Positions 12,682 through 25,574 of a stretch of DNA of 64,000 nt are shown here, in pieces (position 1 is the stretch's first letter; each line of letters opens with the position of its first letter). Source of the stretch: Eledone cirrhosa. Its lineage: Eukaryota. The DNA lies in NCBI GenBank assembly GCA_964016885.1, contig OZ024748.1, forward strand, positions 48,360,001 through 48,424,000, given 5' to 3'. The translations under genes and the position numbers were made by a program. The notes under the pieces are model-generated. The model was given only the letters and a program-made list of their open reading frames with translations, was not told where the DNA came from and ran no database searches.

Positions 12682-13019
12682 AGATCAAAAGATGGTTAAA
12701 AGAGTTCCATGTATTTTATTATGCGCATTTCAAAAACAAATATCATCATGCAATAACATTTGTGTTTTCATCAGATAAAATAGGAAGACATGATATGAAG
12801 GTTAAAAAACACTTGTGAATAGTGCAGTTTTAAATCAACATATCTTGATATGTTGATTTAAAACTACACTATTCACAAGTGTTTTTTAACCTTCATATCA
12901 TGTCTTCCTATTTTATCTGATGAAAACACAAATGTTATTGCATGATGATATTTGTTTTTGAAATGCGCATAATAAAATACATGGAACTCTTTTAACCATC
13001 TTTTGATCTTATATATTAT
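12672..13019. repeat. 348-bp palindrome (173-bp arms, 2-nt loop, one mismatch seen) plus tail to 13105, between (TA)n runs
   Basis: Centre aacatatc-tt-gatatgtt at 12845-12846; the arms are reverse complements. Confidence 0.92.
12909..12979 (+). ncRNA. Type I hammerhead ribozyme motif (mirror copy on the minus strand at 12712-12782)
   Basis: Stem I TATTTTAT / CTGATGA / long stem II (aaacacaaatgttatt...gatgatatttgttttt) / GAAA / palindromic stem III (A)TGCGCA(T) / UH site TA / stem I partner ATAAAATA. Predicted cleavage after A12971. Confidence 0.75.
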
Positions 13020-13102
13020 GTATACTCCAGTCCTACAAACTGTAGAGTGCTTCTTATCCAATATCTGCATTGCTTTATTGTACTACAATAAAACTCACCT
13101 CC

Positions 13103-13155
<53 letters not shown>

Positions 13156-13469
13156 GCTAATTTATATTCAAATAATGGTTTCTGATTTAGGCACAAGGCC
13201 AACAATTTTGGGGGAGGGGAAAGTCGATTAAATTGACCCGGTGTATTACTGGTACTTTATATTATTGATCCTGTAAAGATGAAAAGCAAAGCTAACTTTG
13301 CCTGGGATTTGAACTCAGAATGTAAAGGGTCAGAACTATATGCCACAAAGTATTTTGTCCAACGCTCTACTGATACATACATATATATATATATATATAC
13401 AGAGAGAGATGGAAAAATTAGCATTTAAATCATGTGTGTGTGTGCAAACATACTTAAACATCTACTTAC

Positions 13470-13487
13470 CATTCCTCTGTCATCAGG
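13470..13487 (-). CDS. AARSD1: AARSD1 18-nt microexon (PDDRGM), phase 0/0
   Basis: The minus strand reads ctgttttttaattttacag|CCT GAT GAC AGA GGA ATG|gtaagt. The peptide continues the AARSD1 motif EGGGQ-PDDRG directly and in phase with the 41844-41972 exon, with consensus splice sites on both sides. Confidence 0.85.
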
Positions 13488-14062
13488 CTGTAAAATTAAA
13501 AAACAGAAAAATGGAGAAAATAAGTCATAAGAATCTTATTTATATTTTAGAAAAGAATTAAAATGTGAATATTTTAATAGACGAGACACTAATATAAGAA
13601 TTAAAGTTATTTAGCAAACACAGACACACATACAGACATACACACAGACACACAGACATACACACACACACACACATACTCATATTCACTCACACAGATT
13701 TGTGCACACTCACACACGCATACTCACACACACTCACTTACACACACACAACACACACACACACACAACACACACAAATGAAATTTATGATAATAGTTTA
13801 AGAAAAGAGAAGTAAAGCAAAGAAATTCAATTTTTCTACAAAAATATTTTCCTGAAATTTAAGAAATAATAAATAATTTATTTTATATAATTTGTTATAA
13901 ATAATTTATTAATGGAAGGTATTCATTTTCTAAACAAATATTGCTTTTTAAAAAAAATAGGGCCTTTGCATTCTTCAGTTTTAGGCCACATACTGGTACA
14001 TAGTACTCTTTTGATACCAACCAGCTCAAAACCTTTAAACATTTTAAATAGATCTTATTTAA

Positions 14063-14728
14063 CCCTTTAGCATTCACATTACTCTATATTTACTATTATA
14101 TTTTCATGGTTAAGGCTTTACCACACATAATTATCTCACATAATATCGAATCTATGAGATTTTGATATTATTTATTTTGAGAACAATACCTTAACATAAG
14201 TATAAGTGGCCAGTTATGGCCAGTTTGAACAAAAAGAAGTGAGAGAATTCTGGCCAGGTATGGCCGGTTTAAATCTTCTTGTGACACTAAACTCTGCCAG
14301 TTGCAGACTGCGCACCAACATGAGATATCTCCCTCCACAAAGGTCAATCACCAGCAGCAGAGTTCAAAGAGCAAAGATCAAGTCCAGTCCATAAGTTGAC
14401 ATTGTGAAGTCATCGTTTTGGCTGCCGGCCTCTGTTTCTCTTACCAGCCAACCTTCCTTCCAGGCATAACCTACTCACACTACGAGTTGATCTTTTTATA
14501 TGGCCTAAGTTTGGTAATGTTGAGCAGCTCACTGATACAGATACGGTCGCTGAGTCGTTTGCCAGTCATAAGTCTCATGATGTGGTTCTGGAATGTAGAG
14601 AGCTTCTGAAGTGACCGTGTTGTCCAAATAACACAGTCAAGACCATATAACACAACTGGTAGGGTGTAAGTATCAAAGATATTAGCCTTCAAATGATAGG
14701 AAACTCGGTTTAAATGCTAAAGTATTAA
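14063..14728. mobile_element. TTAA/CCCTTT (piggyBac-like) MITE interrupted by an RTE insertion
   Basis: TTAA-CCCTTTAGCATTCAC... same family as 36235-36454. MITE sequence resumes after 14705. Confidence 0.75.
14275..14705 (-). mobile_element. 5'-truncated RTE-clade LINE with a 10-bp TSD
   Basis: KANIFDTYTLPVVLYGLDCVIWT...FQNHIMRLMTG... cggtttaaat is duplicated at 14265-14274 and 14706-14715. Short AAG tail. Confidence 0.8.
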
Positions 14729-14856
14729 ATGAAAATCTATTTAATTTAATTTGATATAAGAACCTTTTGTTAAATGAAGAGATGAAAAAATGAAGGAAAA
14801 ATAAAAGACAAAAGAAATTAAGCAACAAAAGAAAGGAGGAAAACATCAGTAGTTAA

Positions 14857-15027
14857 AGGACTTGAGGACACCAGAGGTTTCAACAGTAGTTCAGGGACTT
14901 GAGGACACCAGAGGTTTCAACAGTAGTTCGGGGACTTGAGGACACCAGAAGTTTCAACAGTAGTTCGGGGACTTGAGGACACCAGAGGTTTCAACAGTAG
15001 TTCGGGGACTTGAGGACACTGGAGGTC
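14857..15027. repeat. ~37-bp minisatellite (~4.5 copies)
   Basis: Unit gggacttgaggacaccagaggtttcaacagtagttcg. Confidence 0.88.
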
Positions 15028-15129
15028 TCCAAATACCATCTTGATGAGGAAGCTAACATTTTTGTAAGTCCTTCCAAATTTTATTAAAAATATGACAACA
15101 AACGTATTTTTAACCACAAGCATCACTCT

Positions 15130-15640
15130 GGAACATACATGGGTAGGCCGTAAAGATACTCTAATGGAATGACCAAATGAGGTTTATTTTTTTCAACAGA
15201 GTCCCTGGAAAGAAACAATGCAGTTATTATTAAGAAGAGTTGGAATGAATGCATGCTAATTTTCACAGCTCTAGCATCAATCCTTTATAGTCAGCCAACA
15301 CTCTTACAAGGTCAATAATCTGAAAAGGTTTACCATCAGTATTACAAACAACTCATTTTAAACGGTCTCGTGTTTGGTTCGAGCCTTATTGAATGGAATG
15401 GTTCTGTTTAAGATAGACTATGTAGTATCAGTTAGTTGTATCCTTTCAATGCCAGATGTACTGTGAAAGAAATGTAGGATTTACCTTATGACAATGTTTG
15501 AAAGATCTGTTGTGGAGTTTCATGATGTAAGACAGTGCTGTATCATTATTATATTTTTTTTATTTGTAGTGGCCTTACTCTGGCTAAGATCATTGTGTCC
15601 AAATTCATAAATACTAGTATGGAACAATGCTACAGGAGTA
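15130..15640 (+). mobile_element. Possible highly degraded Tc1/mariner 5' remnant
   Basis: Weak DVRQCCII-FF..SGLTLAKI..IH..YG resemblance to a mariner transposase N-terminus. Confidence 0.3.
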
Positions 15641-16275
15641 ACTACAGGCACTATATCTACATACACACACACGTGTGTATATATATCATCATCATTTAAC
15701 ATTCACTTTCCCTGCTAGCAAGGGTTGGACAGATCTATTGACTTCCCAGACAGGCCAAAGTGTCTGCAACTCACTTACATACAGTCATACATTCTATTGA
15801 GTGCACAGGAGTTGTCATGTCTTTGACACAAAGGCTAAGAGAGAGAATGAGAGAGGGGGAGAAGGGGGGAGAGGAGGGGGGAGGCAGTAGTTACCTCCCT
15901 TAATACAGAATATTTGGTTATTTCTTTAGATAGAAACTGTAATGAACAACCATCCATATCTAAAAATGGCTGCACACATCAGTAGATATGTAACTACATA
16001 AATAATAAATTATATCTCTCTATAGTTTAATTTCTTCAATAGAAATTCTTCTGTTGGAAACTTGGATAACGTCCATCAATCTACATTGATATCAGTCTAT
16101 ACCAGCATCAATATACCCAAACACCACCATTAATCTTTACCACCACCATTCTACACCACCGCCATTCATCAACACCGCCACCATTTTACACAAACACCAT
16201 TAATCTTCACCATCACCACCAATCTACACTACCACCATCAATCTACACAATCTTCTAGAGGATCCAAAAGTGGAA

Positions 16276-16463
16276 TTAACTCTTTCATTACCATATAGCT
16301 AATGAAAGAAACTGCCTATGTCGTTAACCCTTTCATTATCATACTTCTAATGAAAAACTGCCAATGTTGTTAACCCTTTCATTACCATACTTCTAATGAA
16401 AGACACTGCCTATGTCTTGAACTCTTTCATTACCATATTTCTACTGTAAGGACACTGCCTGTG
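16276..16463. repeat. ~46-48-bp tandem repeat (4 copies) starting ttaaccctttcattacc
   Basis: Direct inspection; the unit resembles a MITE terminus seen at 18433 and 50575. Confidence 0.7.
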
Positions 16464-17828
16464 ATTTTCAAATAATTTGGAAAATAATCAAGAATTTGGA
16501 GAGATTTAGTAATATAACTAACTTTCTTATTAGTAAACTGGTGTTTGGAACATAACTTAACAATGGTTCTTGAATAAAATTATGATGGAATGTTTTTATA
16601 TAAATATAAACACTTTGAAACAAACAGTCTTGTATCATAGAACAAAGAACAATGTTATGTATTTTCGTATCAAAAGAGACTAAAAAGTATTTAGAATTTG
16701 ACTGAAATAGAAATGACTATATATATAGGAAGTTAGCTCCTGGAAAACTGGTTTCGATTCCTATGCTAAAGACCTTAAGGAATGGCATTACATTCTATTA
16801 AAACAATTGGTGTTTGAGTGCCAGAACTGATAGAGTGGAACAATCAACAACATCCCAGACCTCATTCACTTATCGAGTGGGGTGAAACTCATCAAATCAG
16901 ACCAAACAATGTTTCTATTGGTCTTTCCATTGCTAATACTATTTACTGGTCACAACTCCTGGCAGAAGGAACAATGTGAAATAAAGTGGCTTGCTTAAGG
17001 ACATAATGCATCTTCAGGTCTGGGAATCGAACTCGCAACCTCGTGATTGCAAATCTAATTCTCTAACCACTAAGCCACACACATTCACAGTAGAATAGTA
17101 AACTAAATACACTATAATATTTATTGCCAAACAAATCCCAAAAAACTATAGATTTTCTTTTCTCTTTGGTAAATCCTCATTACTGCTTCCCCTTGCAAAT
17201 CATTTTAAGTACGCATTTTAAATATGTAAACATGGAGTTTGTTATAATATCTTCATAACATCTTTAGGATATTTGAATATCCATCAGTGCTGCTATAATA
17301 AATCTATTTGGTTAAGTAACTTAACATGTTTGGCACTAATGGATATCTAATATATCAGCTGTTGTGATTTATCTCACTCCCCAGTTATATATTTTTATAC
17401 TGTCTACAACATTTATTAATGCTTGATGGCAGTTAATAGTCAATAGAGTGTTGGTGAAGTGTTTGCAGAGAGTATGAAAGAGACATATCACTGTTTATAT
17501 ATGTCAAAATAGTAAAGTTAGTGTAAGGAGGGTCTGTAGTAGATGAGGTATTGCACTTTAACTCAGTCAGATATATTTCAAACTGCTTTCTATCTATAAC
17601 AGGGCAAATTTATATGTTTTTGTTTGTTTTGTTGTTTTTTTGTACTGTTTAGTCAGAGAGAGAAGGATAGTGCCCAAGACTCTTTGCAAGGTCTATGAAA
17701 CATGTGGGGTGGAAGGAGAAGAGGGTGTCCTCAAACCAGAGACTTGGCCCAAATACTTGTAACAGTGCAGACCCTGCCAAACGTACTCGTGGAACATGCA
17801 TTGGTGTTCAAACTAGGCAACAGATTAA

Positions 17829-18047
17829 CCCTTTAATGTTCAAACCGGCCAAAACCGGCCAGAATTCTCTACCTTTTTCTTTTGAAACTGGCTGTAACTG
17901 GTCGCGCAAACTGATGTTAAGGTATTGTTCTCAAAATAAATACTTTCAAAATCTCATAGATTCGATATTATGTGAGATATTATGTGAGGTAAAGCATTTA
18001 CCATGAAAATATAATAATATATATAGAGTAATGTGAATGCCAAAGGG
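17829..18047 (+). mobile_element. piggyBac-like MITE (~220 bp)
   Basis: TTAA|CCCTTT...AAAGGG|TTAA; near-identical copies elsewhere in the window. Confidence 0.85.
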
Positions 18048-20481
18048 TTAAGTCTACCACCTGAGTGAATTGTCCCAAATATATGACAGGTACTTCATTT
18101 ACAGACTCTGAAGGGATGAAAGGTTAAGTTAAGCCCCCATTATGTCTTCAATTCAGAATAGAACAAGTTGAAACTAAATTCTGCAGTTCAGTAGTTTTAT
18201 CATTTCCTACAATAAGTGAACCTCTACCTGGATAAGCCAACTTTTTAGAAATAGTAGCCAAAACCCCATCAAATCTCACTCCACTATCTTAAATAAAGAA
18301 AGTCACATTATACAATGTAATCCCCTATATCTTTAAAAAGATATGATGATTTCAGATAGATTACCTTGGATCAGAGCTCTGCTGGATCAAGGATCACCTA
18401 CAACTAAACCAAAATTAATTTCAAAACAACTCTTAACCCTCTTATTACTAACTCCCCCAAAACTACCTCTGGTTCTATAAAACAAAACAACCCATTTTAT
18501 AAAGTTCCTATTTAAACTGAAATCTTCCAGCATAATTTGACATGAGAACCATTTGTTAAATAGTATTATAAATACTGACTTAATGAAATAATTAATTATT
18601 TTAGTTGAGGTTTTATTGTATCAACTGTTAAATGCCATATACACTCATTAGTATATTATAGCCATCATTATCATCGTTTTTATGTTGACTTTTCTATGCT
18701 GGCAGGGAATGTTTTCAGACAATGTTTTAGAACTGGGTGTCCTTTTAGGCACCAACTCTTTTAGTTGCTTCTTACAACATGCAGGGATACAGTGTACCTA
18801 TTCTAAACTGGACACAGATAGCCATGTTGTACTAAAACAAAAAATGGACATGAAAAGCCACATGCAACTTGCTCAGAGATTGAAAAGTTAGATAATGAAA
18901 CCAACATATTACAAAATCTTAAATGCAGGCAATCAAAGAGAGATGGGTTCCACTGGTTTGTATTTGCCACATGACCTTGAAGGATCAATGGAAAATGTAA
19001 AATGGAATGAAGTGAAACTATCTATTACTGCATGCAATTTATATATAGAAGTAGATACTGCATTAAGAGAAAAGTTGAAGTTCATCCATATATAACAAAG
19101 AAACATGCTATAGGGAAATAGTAAAAATTAAAAAAAAGTATAGGAAGAGAAAAAAAATAAACATACAGGTTTGAGAAATGAATTAAAAGCAAAGGTCAGA
19201 TTAGAGTTGTGAGAGAAAAGTAATGTATGTAAAGAAAAAGCAGTAAACTGAGACTTAATGTCCAAAAACTGACTTTATTTCTGTATTTACTAACAAGGTT
19301 ATCTTGACATACATAAAAAAAAATTTACATTTTTTTTTGTCTCCACCCCTTTTTTAATATTTATAGAAATAAAATTGACAGGGTATGTTAGCTTTTCTTC
19401 CCATTAATATTAACAGCAAGAAAGTTAACATTATGAAAATAGATTTTTTTTTTTAATATTAGAAAATGGCAGTAAGAAAGATAGCTACTATCATAACAGT
19501 AATACTTCTTAATACAAGAAAAAAATTTTTAAAAATAAAACTCAAATCTAAACAATTGCAATAAAATAGTAAAAAGAAAAGAAACAAAAAAAAAATAGAA
19601 AAGAAAGATGTATTTTTTTATGAAGACTAAAACTTTTTTAATAAAAAAAAAGATAATCCTTCTCCCAAATTTTTTTTATGCAAAAAATATAAAATAAACC
19701 AAACTCTAATGAAATATCTTCTCTTTAAATAATTTGAGGAGGGGGAGAGAAAGACAGATAAAGAGTGGAAAAAGAGAGAGAAGGGGATGCAGAGAGAAAG
19801 AGGGGCACAGAAAGAGAGAGAGAGAGTGGCAGAGAGGGAGAAAGAAAGGGACAAAGAAAGCTGCCAAACAGAATGGCAAATAACATTGGATGCTTTAGAG
19901 AGAAAATGCTTATGAGAAGTTTATCCCTGCTGGATTTCAGTAAAAATAGAAGCGATGACAACAAGCAGAGAAACATGAAAATTGATCATTTACTGGTGTA
20001 AACAGTATCATTGATTTACTCAAGAGTCAATGGATGTTAAAGGATGCTTAAAATGATAGGCCATCATGATTTAATCTTTCCATTCTCCATTTTGTTTTTT
20101 TTTTGTATCTGTATTTGCTGTTGATGTTGTTTAAATCTAAATCTTTTTTAAAAAAAGGTAATAGCATTTTCTCTTTCTTTTTGTCTTTTGCTTCATTTTA
20201 TTTGCTATTGTTTTATTTATTTATCTGTTTATCTATTTCCTCAACATATAATATCATACATAAACCAATCTGGAAAATTTCAAGTACTTGATGTTGTTGA
20301 TTTTTTTCTTGTTTTCCTTATAAAATAAAAAGCAAACTAAACTATTTATTCAAATACATTTTTAAATTAATTTTCCAATAAAACATTTGGAGAAGAAATA
20401 TTCCTTTCCTTTTTCCTTCTATTCACTCACTCTCTCCTTTTCTATTCTCCCTCTTTCTCTCTATCCATATATATCTACACA

Positions 20482-20531
<50 letters not shown>

Positions 20532-20614
20532 ATATATATATATATGTGTGTGTGTGTGTATATATATATATGTGTGTGTGTGTGTATATATATATGTGTG
20601 TGTGTATATATATA

Positions 20615-20661
<47 letters not shown>

Positions 20662-20666
20662 GTATG

Positions 20667-20707
<41 letters not shown>

Positions 20708-22760
20708 CTGCCATTCTCTCCTTCACTCCTTATAATTGTAAAGAAATGTTTGAATAGTGATAGTAGCAGGGAGGGGGGGGTAGGTGCAATAACATTAGTT
20801 CTATATACAATGGTTGTTGGCCTTAAGGCAAACAGATGAGTCAGTTTTGGGGATAGATAGCAGTAAATAATGAAACAAATATAGTATGAAGGATGATGGC
20901 ATAGAAAGAAGGAAAGCAGGAAGGAATAAAAGAAGTAGAAAGAAAGAAAGACAGACAGAAAATAGAGTGAAAGGAAGATAAGTGAAAGAAAGATAAATAA
21001 AAAAGAAAGAAAAGTAGAAAGAATGAGAAAGAAGATGAGGAGGTGCAGAGGGGGAGACTGAGAAAAGAAAAGAAGGGAAAGGAGACAAAATATGATCCAT
21101 CTAACCAAATAATAATGATTTCTTTATTTATTATTCTAAATCCATCTAACCAAATAATAATAATAAGAAGAAGAAGGATTTACAAATAGATGAAAGTGAA
21201 GGAAAAAAAGAATGAGGTTAAGGAATTCACTTTCAATAAGACAATGAATGAAATTAATAAAAGTAGAATTTAATGAGCAAACAAATATTGAATAATTCAC
21301 CAACACCATTTTCTCAAAACCCTTTAAAATTTAAACCAATATAATAACAGTAAAAAAAAAACCTTAAAATTTAAACCATATAATAACACAAAAATCCTTA
21401 AAATTTAAACAAATATAATAACATAACTTGATTTTGTTTGGGTTTAGTGATAAATGGGAAAAAATGGGTTTTTTTAAATCAGGGAAAATACAAATCAATA
21501 TGTTTTAGTGCAGTAATTTTGGTGTTCATTAGATAAGAAAAATAGAGTTTTTTTCTAGTTATCTAATATGTGTGTGTGTGTGTGTGTGTATTAATTTTAA
21601 TTTTAGTTTGAAAAAATAATTTATTTCTTTTAAATTTAATCATGTCAACTTTAGATGAGGATAATAAAATGTTATAATTGAGATATATATATGTTTATAT
21701 ATTTATGTGCATGTATATATGTGTGAGTGTATATACATGTTTGTATAAATAAAATATATGTATGCATATGTGTTTATATGTATATACATTATACATTCAC
21801 ACCTAGATATCTACAACACATATACAACATACAGAATTACCCTAATTTTATCTTTTCTTTCTTCCTTCCTTTCTAAATTTAATTTAATTTTACCTTATTT
21901 TACTTCAATTTCTTTAATTCTACAGATAAGGTGTCAACTAATATAATATTAGAAAAATCTTACAAAAGAAATGTCAAAATCTACACAAAACACCACCTGG
22001 GGAATGCTGTCACCTCTGCTCAACATTTTAAACAGACAATACGAATTAAAGAAATTAAAAGAAAGATTTCCTAAATTTTATTTCATTATTTACTAGTTTT
22101 TGGCTGACTTTTCGTTTTGTTTATGTGTGTGTATATATATATACACACACACATACACATACATATATACATACATATATATATACAGACATACATATAT
22201 ATATACAGACACATATATATATATACAGACACATATATATATATACAGACACATATATATACACACACATGTATATATATATTTACATATATATATAGAT
22301 AGATAGATAAATATATCTATATATACACACACACAGATATATATCTATATCATATATATATATATATATATATCATCATCATCATCGTTTAACGTCTATC
22401 TTCCACGCTAGCATGGGTTTAGACGGGAATTGTCCCACTTGAGGCAAGATTAGTTATCTTGCTTGTATAGGACTGACTGGCGGGTTTTCTATGGCTGGAT
22501 GCCCTTCCTAACACCAACCACGTTTACAGTGTGGACTGGGAGGTTTTTACCGTGTTACCTACACGGCCACATTACAGCGTGGACTGTGTTTTTTTTTCGT
22601 GACACCTACACGACCTCATTTATTTAGGACTGGGTGTCGTGGCACCAACATAACTTTACAGAGAAAGGGGTGGTGTAGATGGGGGTGGGGGTAGGGGTAG
22701 TGGGATGGGGGTGTATTTTTGGTTAGGAGGTGCCTACTGACTGTAGGTTTCGCTTTGTAC

Positions 22761-23245
22761 TTAGGCAAGGTGGGTCTTCTGTATTACTGCGTGGCGCCAA
22801 AGATCTCGGTCCAGTGGCATTGTCTTGGAGAGGTGTAAGTGTGTAAGGTCAGAATTTATCAAATCGTCCCAGGTTTTTCTGGATCTGCCTACTCCGTAGC
22901 TTCCATCTATTTTGATCGCCCTGCACTTTTTTATACAGCTGTCGTCTTTCATGCGCATCACGTGACCATACCAACGTAGTCTTCTCTCGAGTAAACAGCA
23001 TTTGATCCCTCTTATTCCTAATTTCTCAATTAGTTCATTTATACTTTGCCGTTCACATATACACATTCACACATCCATGGAGCATGCAAGCTTCGTTCCT
23101 CTCCAGTCTGCGCAGATCCTCTGCACACTATGCCCATGTCTCACTGCCATGTAACATTGCTGTTCGTATGCAGGCATCATACAGTCTGCCTTTCATTTTT
23201 AAGGAGAAACCTTTAGCGGCCAATAGTGGTATAAGCTCTCTGAAC
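22761..23245 (-). mobile_element. RTE-clade LINE 3' remnant
   Basis: KGRLYDACIRTAMLHGSETWA...RRLRWYGHVMRM...GRSRKTWDD...DRDLWR. Confidence 0.88.
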
Positions 23246-23699
23246 TTTTATATATATATATATCATCATTTCATCATTTCATTTTACGTCCGCTTTTTCC
23301 CTGCTTGCAAGGGTGGGATGGGATCTGATTCTGGCTTGATTTCTACAGCTGGATGCCCTTCCTAACACCAACCTCATTTACAGTGAGTGCTGGGTGCTTT
23401 TTTGCCGTGGCACCTCCACGACCACTTTGCAGTGTAATCATATGGACCCCAGTCCCTATCATCTCATTTCTACAGCTGAGTAAATTGGAGCAATGTGAAA
23501 TAAAGTGTCTTGCTCAAGGAAACAACACATCGCCCAATATATATATCATCATCATCATCGTTTAACGTCCCTGTTCCACGCTTCCATGGGTTTGGATGGG
23601 GGTTTTCCCACTTGAGGCAAAAGTGGTTGTCTTGCTCGCATAGGACTGTCTGGCGGGTTTTCTACAGCTGGATGCCCTTCCTAACACCAACCACATTTA

Positions 23700-24075
23700 C
23701 ATATACATATATACATATACCAATATATATATATATATATACCAATATATATATATATATATACCAATATATATATATATATATACCAATATATATATAT
23801 ATATACACCAATATATATATATATATACACCAATATATATATATATATACACCTATATATATATATACCAATATATATATATATACCAATATATATATAT
23901 ATACCAATATATATATATATATATACCAATATATATATATATATATATATATATACCAATATATATATATATATATACCAATATATATATATATATATAC
24001 CAATATATATATATATATATATATATACCAATATATATATATATATATACCAATATATATATATACATATATATA
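23700..24075. repeat. Compound (TA)n-CCAA microsatellite
   Basis: Direct inspection. Confidence 0.9.
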
Positions 24076-24710
24076 GATATGTGTGTGTGTGTGTTTCTTT
24101 CCTGTAAAAAGCCTAAGAAATGCAAGAAAGCTGTTCTTTACACCCCTACCATATCTTTTTAAGATGAGTTATCTCTAAGAGTAACTGAAATTTCATTTTT
24201 CTTTCTTTTATTTCACAGACTTATAATTGCCATGCCTGACTCTACTATGGAGGTTAATTTAAGAATATTAAAAATTAAAACTAAGCAAATTAAATAAAGA
24301 TTTTGAGTTCAAGCTGCAGCCATTGAGATAATCATCATCATCATCATCATTTTACGTCCGCTTTTCCCTGCTTGCAAGAGTGGGATGGGAACTGATTCTG
24401 GCTTGATTTCTACAGCTGGATGCCCTTCCTAACACCAACCTCATTTACAGTGAGTGCTGGGTGCTTTTTTGCCGTGGCACCTCCACGGCCACTTTGCAGT
24501 GGAATGATAGGGACCTGAGTCCCTATCATCTCATTTCTACAGCTGAGTAAACTGGAGCAATGTGAAATAAAGTGTCTTGCTCAAGGAAACAACACATCAC
24601 CCAGTCTGATGTATTTACTAAACTAATTTGGTAGACAGAAACTATGCAGATGCTAGTCGCATATATATATATGTATTTGTAGTGTTATGTCTTTAACTAT
24701 ATATATAATT

Positions 24711-25048
24711 AAGCAGGAATGAAGTCAAGGATGCACCATATATAAACTTTATTAGCACAAGACAGCTGTTTTGATATCAATCAGCTCAAGGTTCAATCAT
24801 AATGTTCACTCGATATGATCAAACTCTCACCTGATCAATATCGTAACAATTGTCATATACTATTAATAATAAAAATCATTTATGGTGCCACCGTAACTCC
24901 ATTCCTGCTTTATTTACACTGTGCACGTTACAGCTGCCTTAACCATGGAATACACAGATATAAACGCTACATGAGACATATCATCATAACAGTATTGAGT
25001 GCTTCAACTGGTAAACCCCCTGTAATTATAGTTACGCACAAACTTAAC
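24711..25048. mobile_element. Degenerate Penelope-like inverted-repeat-plus-tail remnant
   Basis: Imperfect inverted repeat aagcaggaatg...gcaccata (24711-24740) / tatggtgcc...cattcctgctt (24881-24910). Minus-strand aaacagctgtc resembles a hammerhead stem III/GUC. Tail with GAGTGCT; TA flanks. Confidence 0.5.
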
Positions 25049-25574
25049 ATATACATATATATATAATATATATATAAAATATATAAGATATATGTATTCG
25101 TGATTGAATAATAATAATATAATAATGGTTTCTTTATTAAATTTTTTTTATTTTTATTATTATTATTTATTTATTTATTAAGGGCGGTGGATTAGCAGTA
25201 TCGGTAGAGAGTCAGACGCCATGCTTTCCAGCATAGTTACGTCCCTTTACGATCTGAGTTCAAATCCCGCCGAGGTTCAATTTGCCAATCATCCTTACGG
25301 GGTCGATAAAATAAAGTACCAGTAATGCACTGGGTAATTGCTGGCCTTGTGCCTAAAGTAGAAACAATTATTTATTTATTTATTTATTCATTATTTATTT
25401 ATCGTTTTTTTTTGTTTTTTTGTTTTTTTTCATAATAATATAATAATATAATAATATTATTAATATTCGGTTTGTTTACAAGTAAACAGTCTCATAAACA
25501 CCATGTGGTGGATGATAAACACCATGTGTTGGATGAACAACTTCATTCTTTTGTTCCAGCTGTAGCTAAGAGAA

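Noticed and set aside
18850-19095. Short ORFs with a faint APE-endonuclease-like look
   Set aside because: Too degraded to assign by eye.
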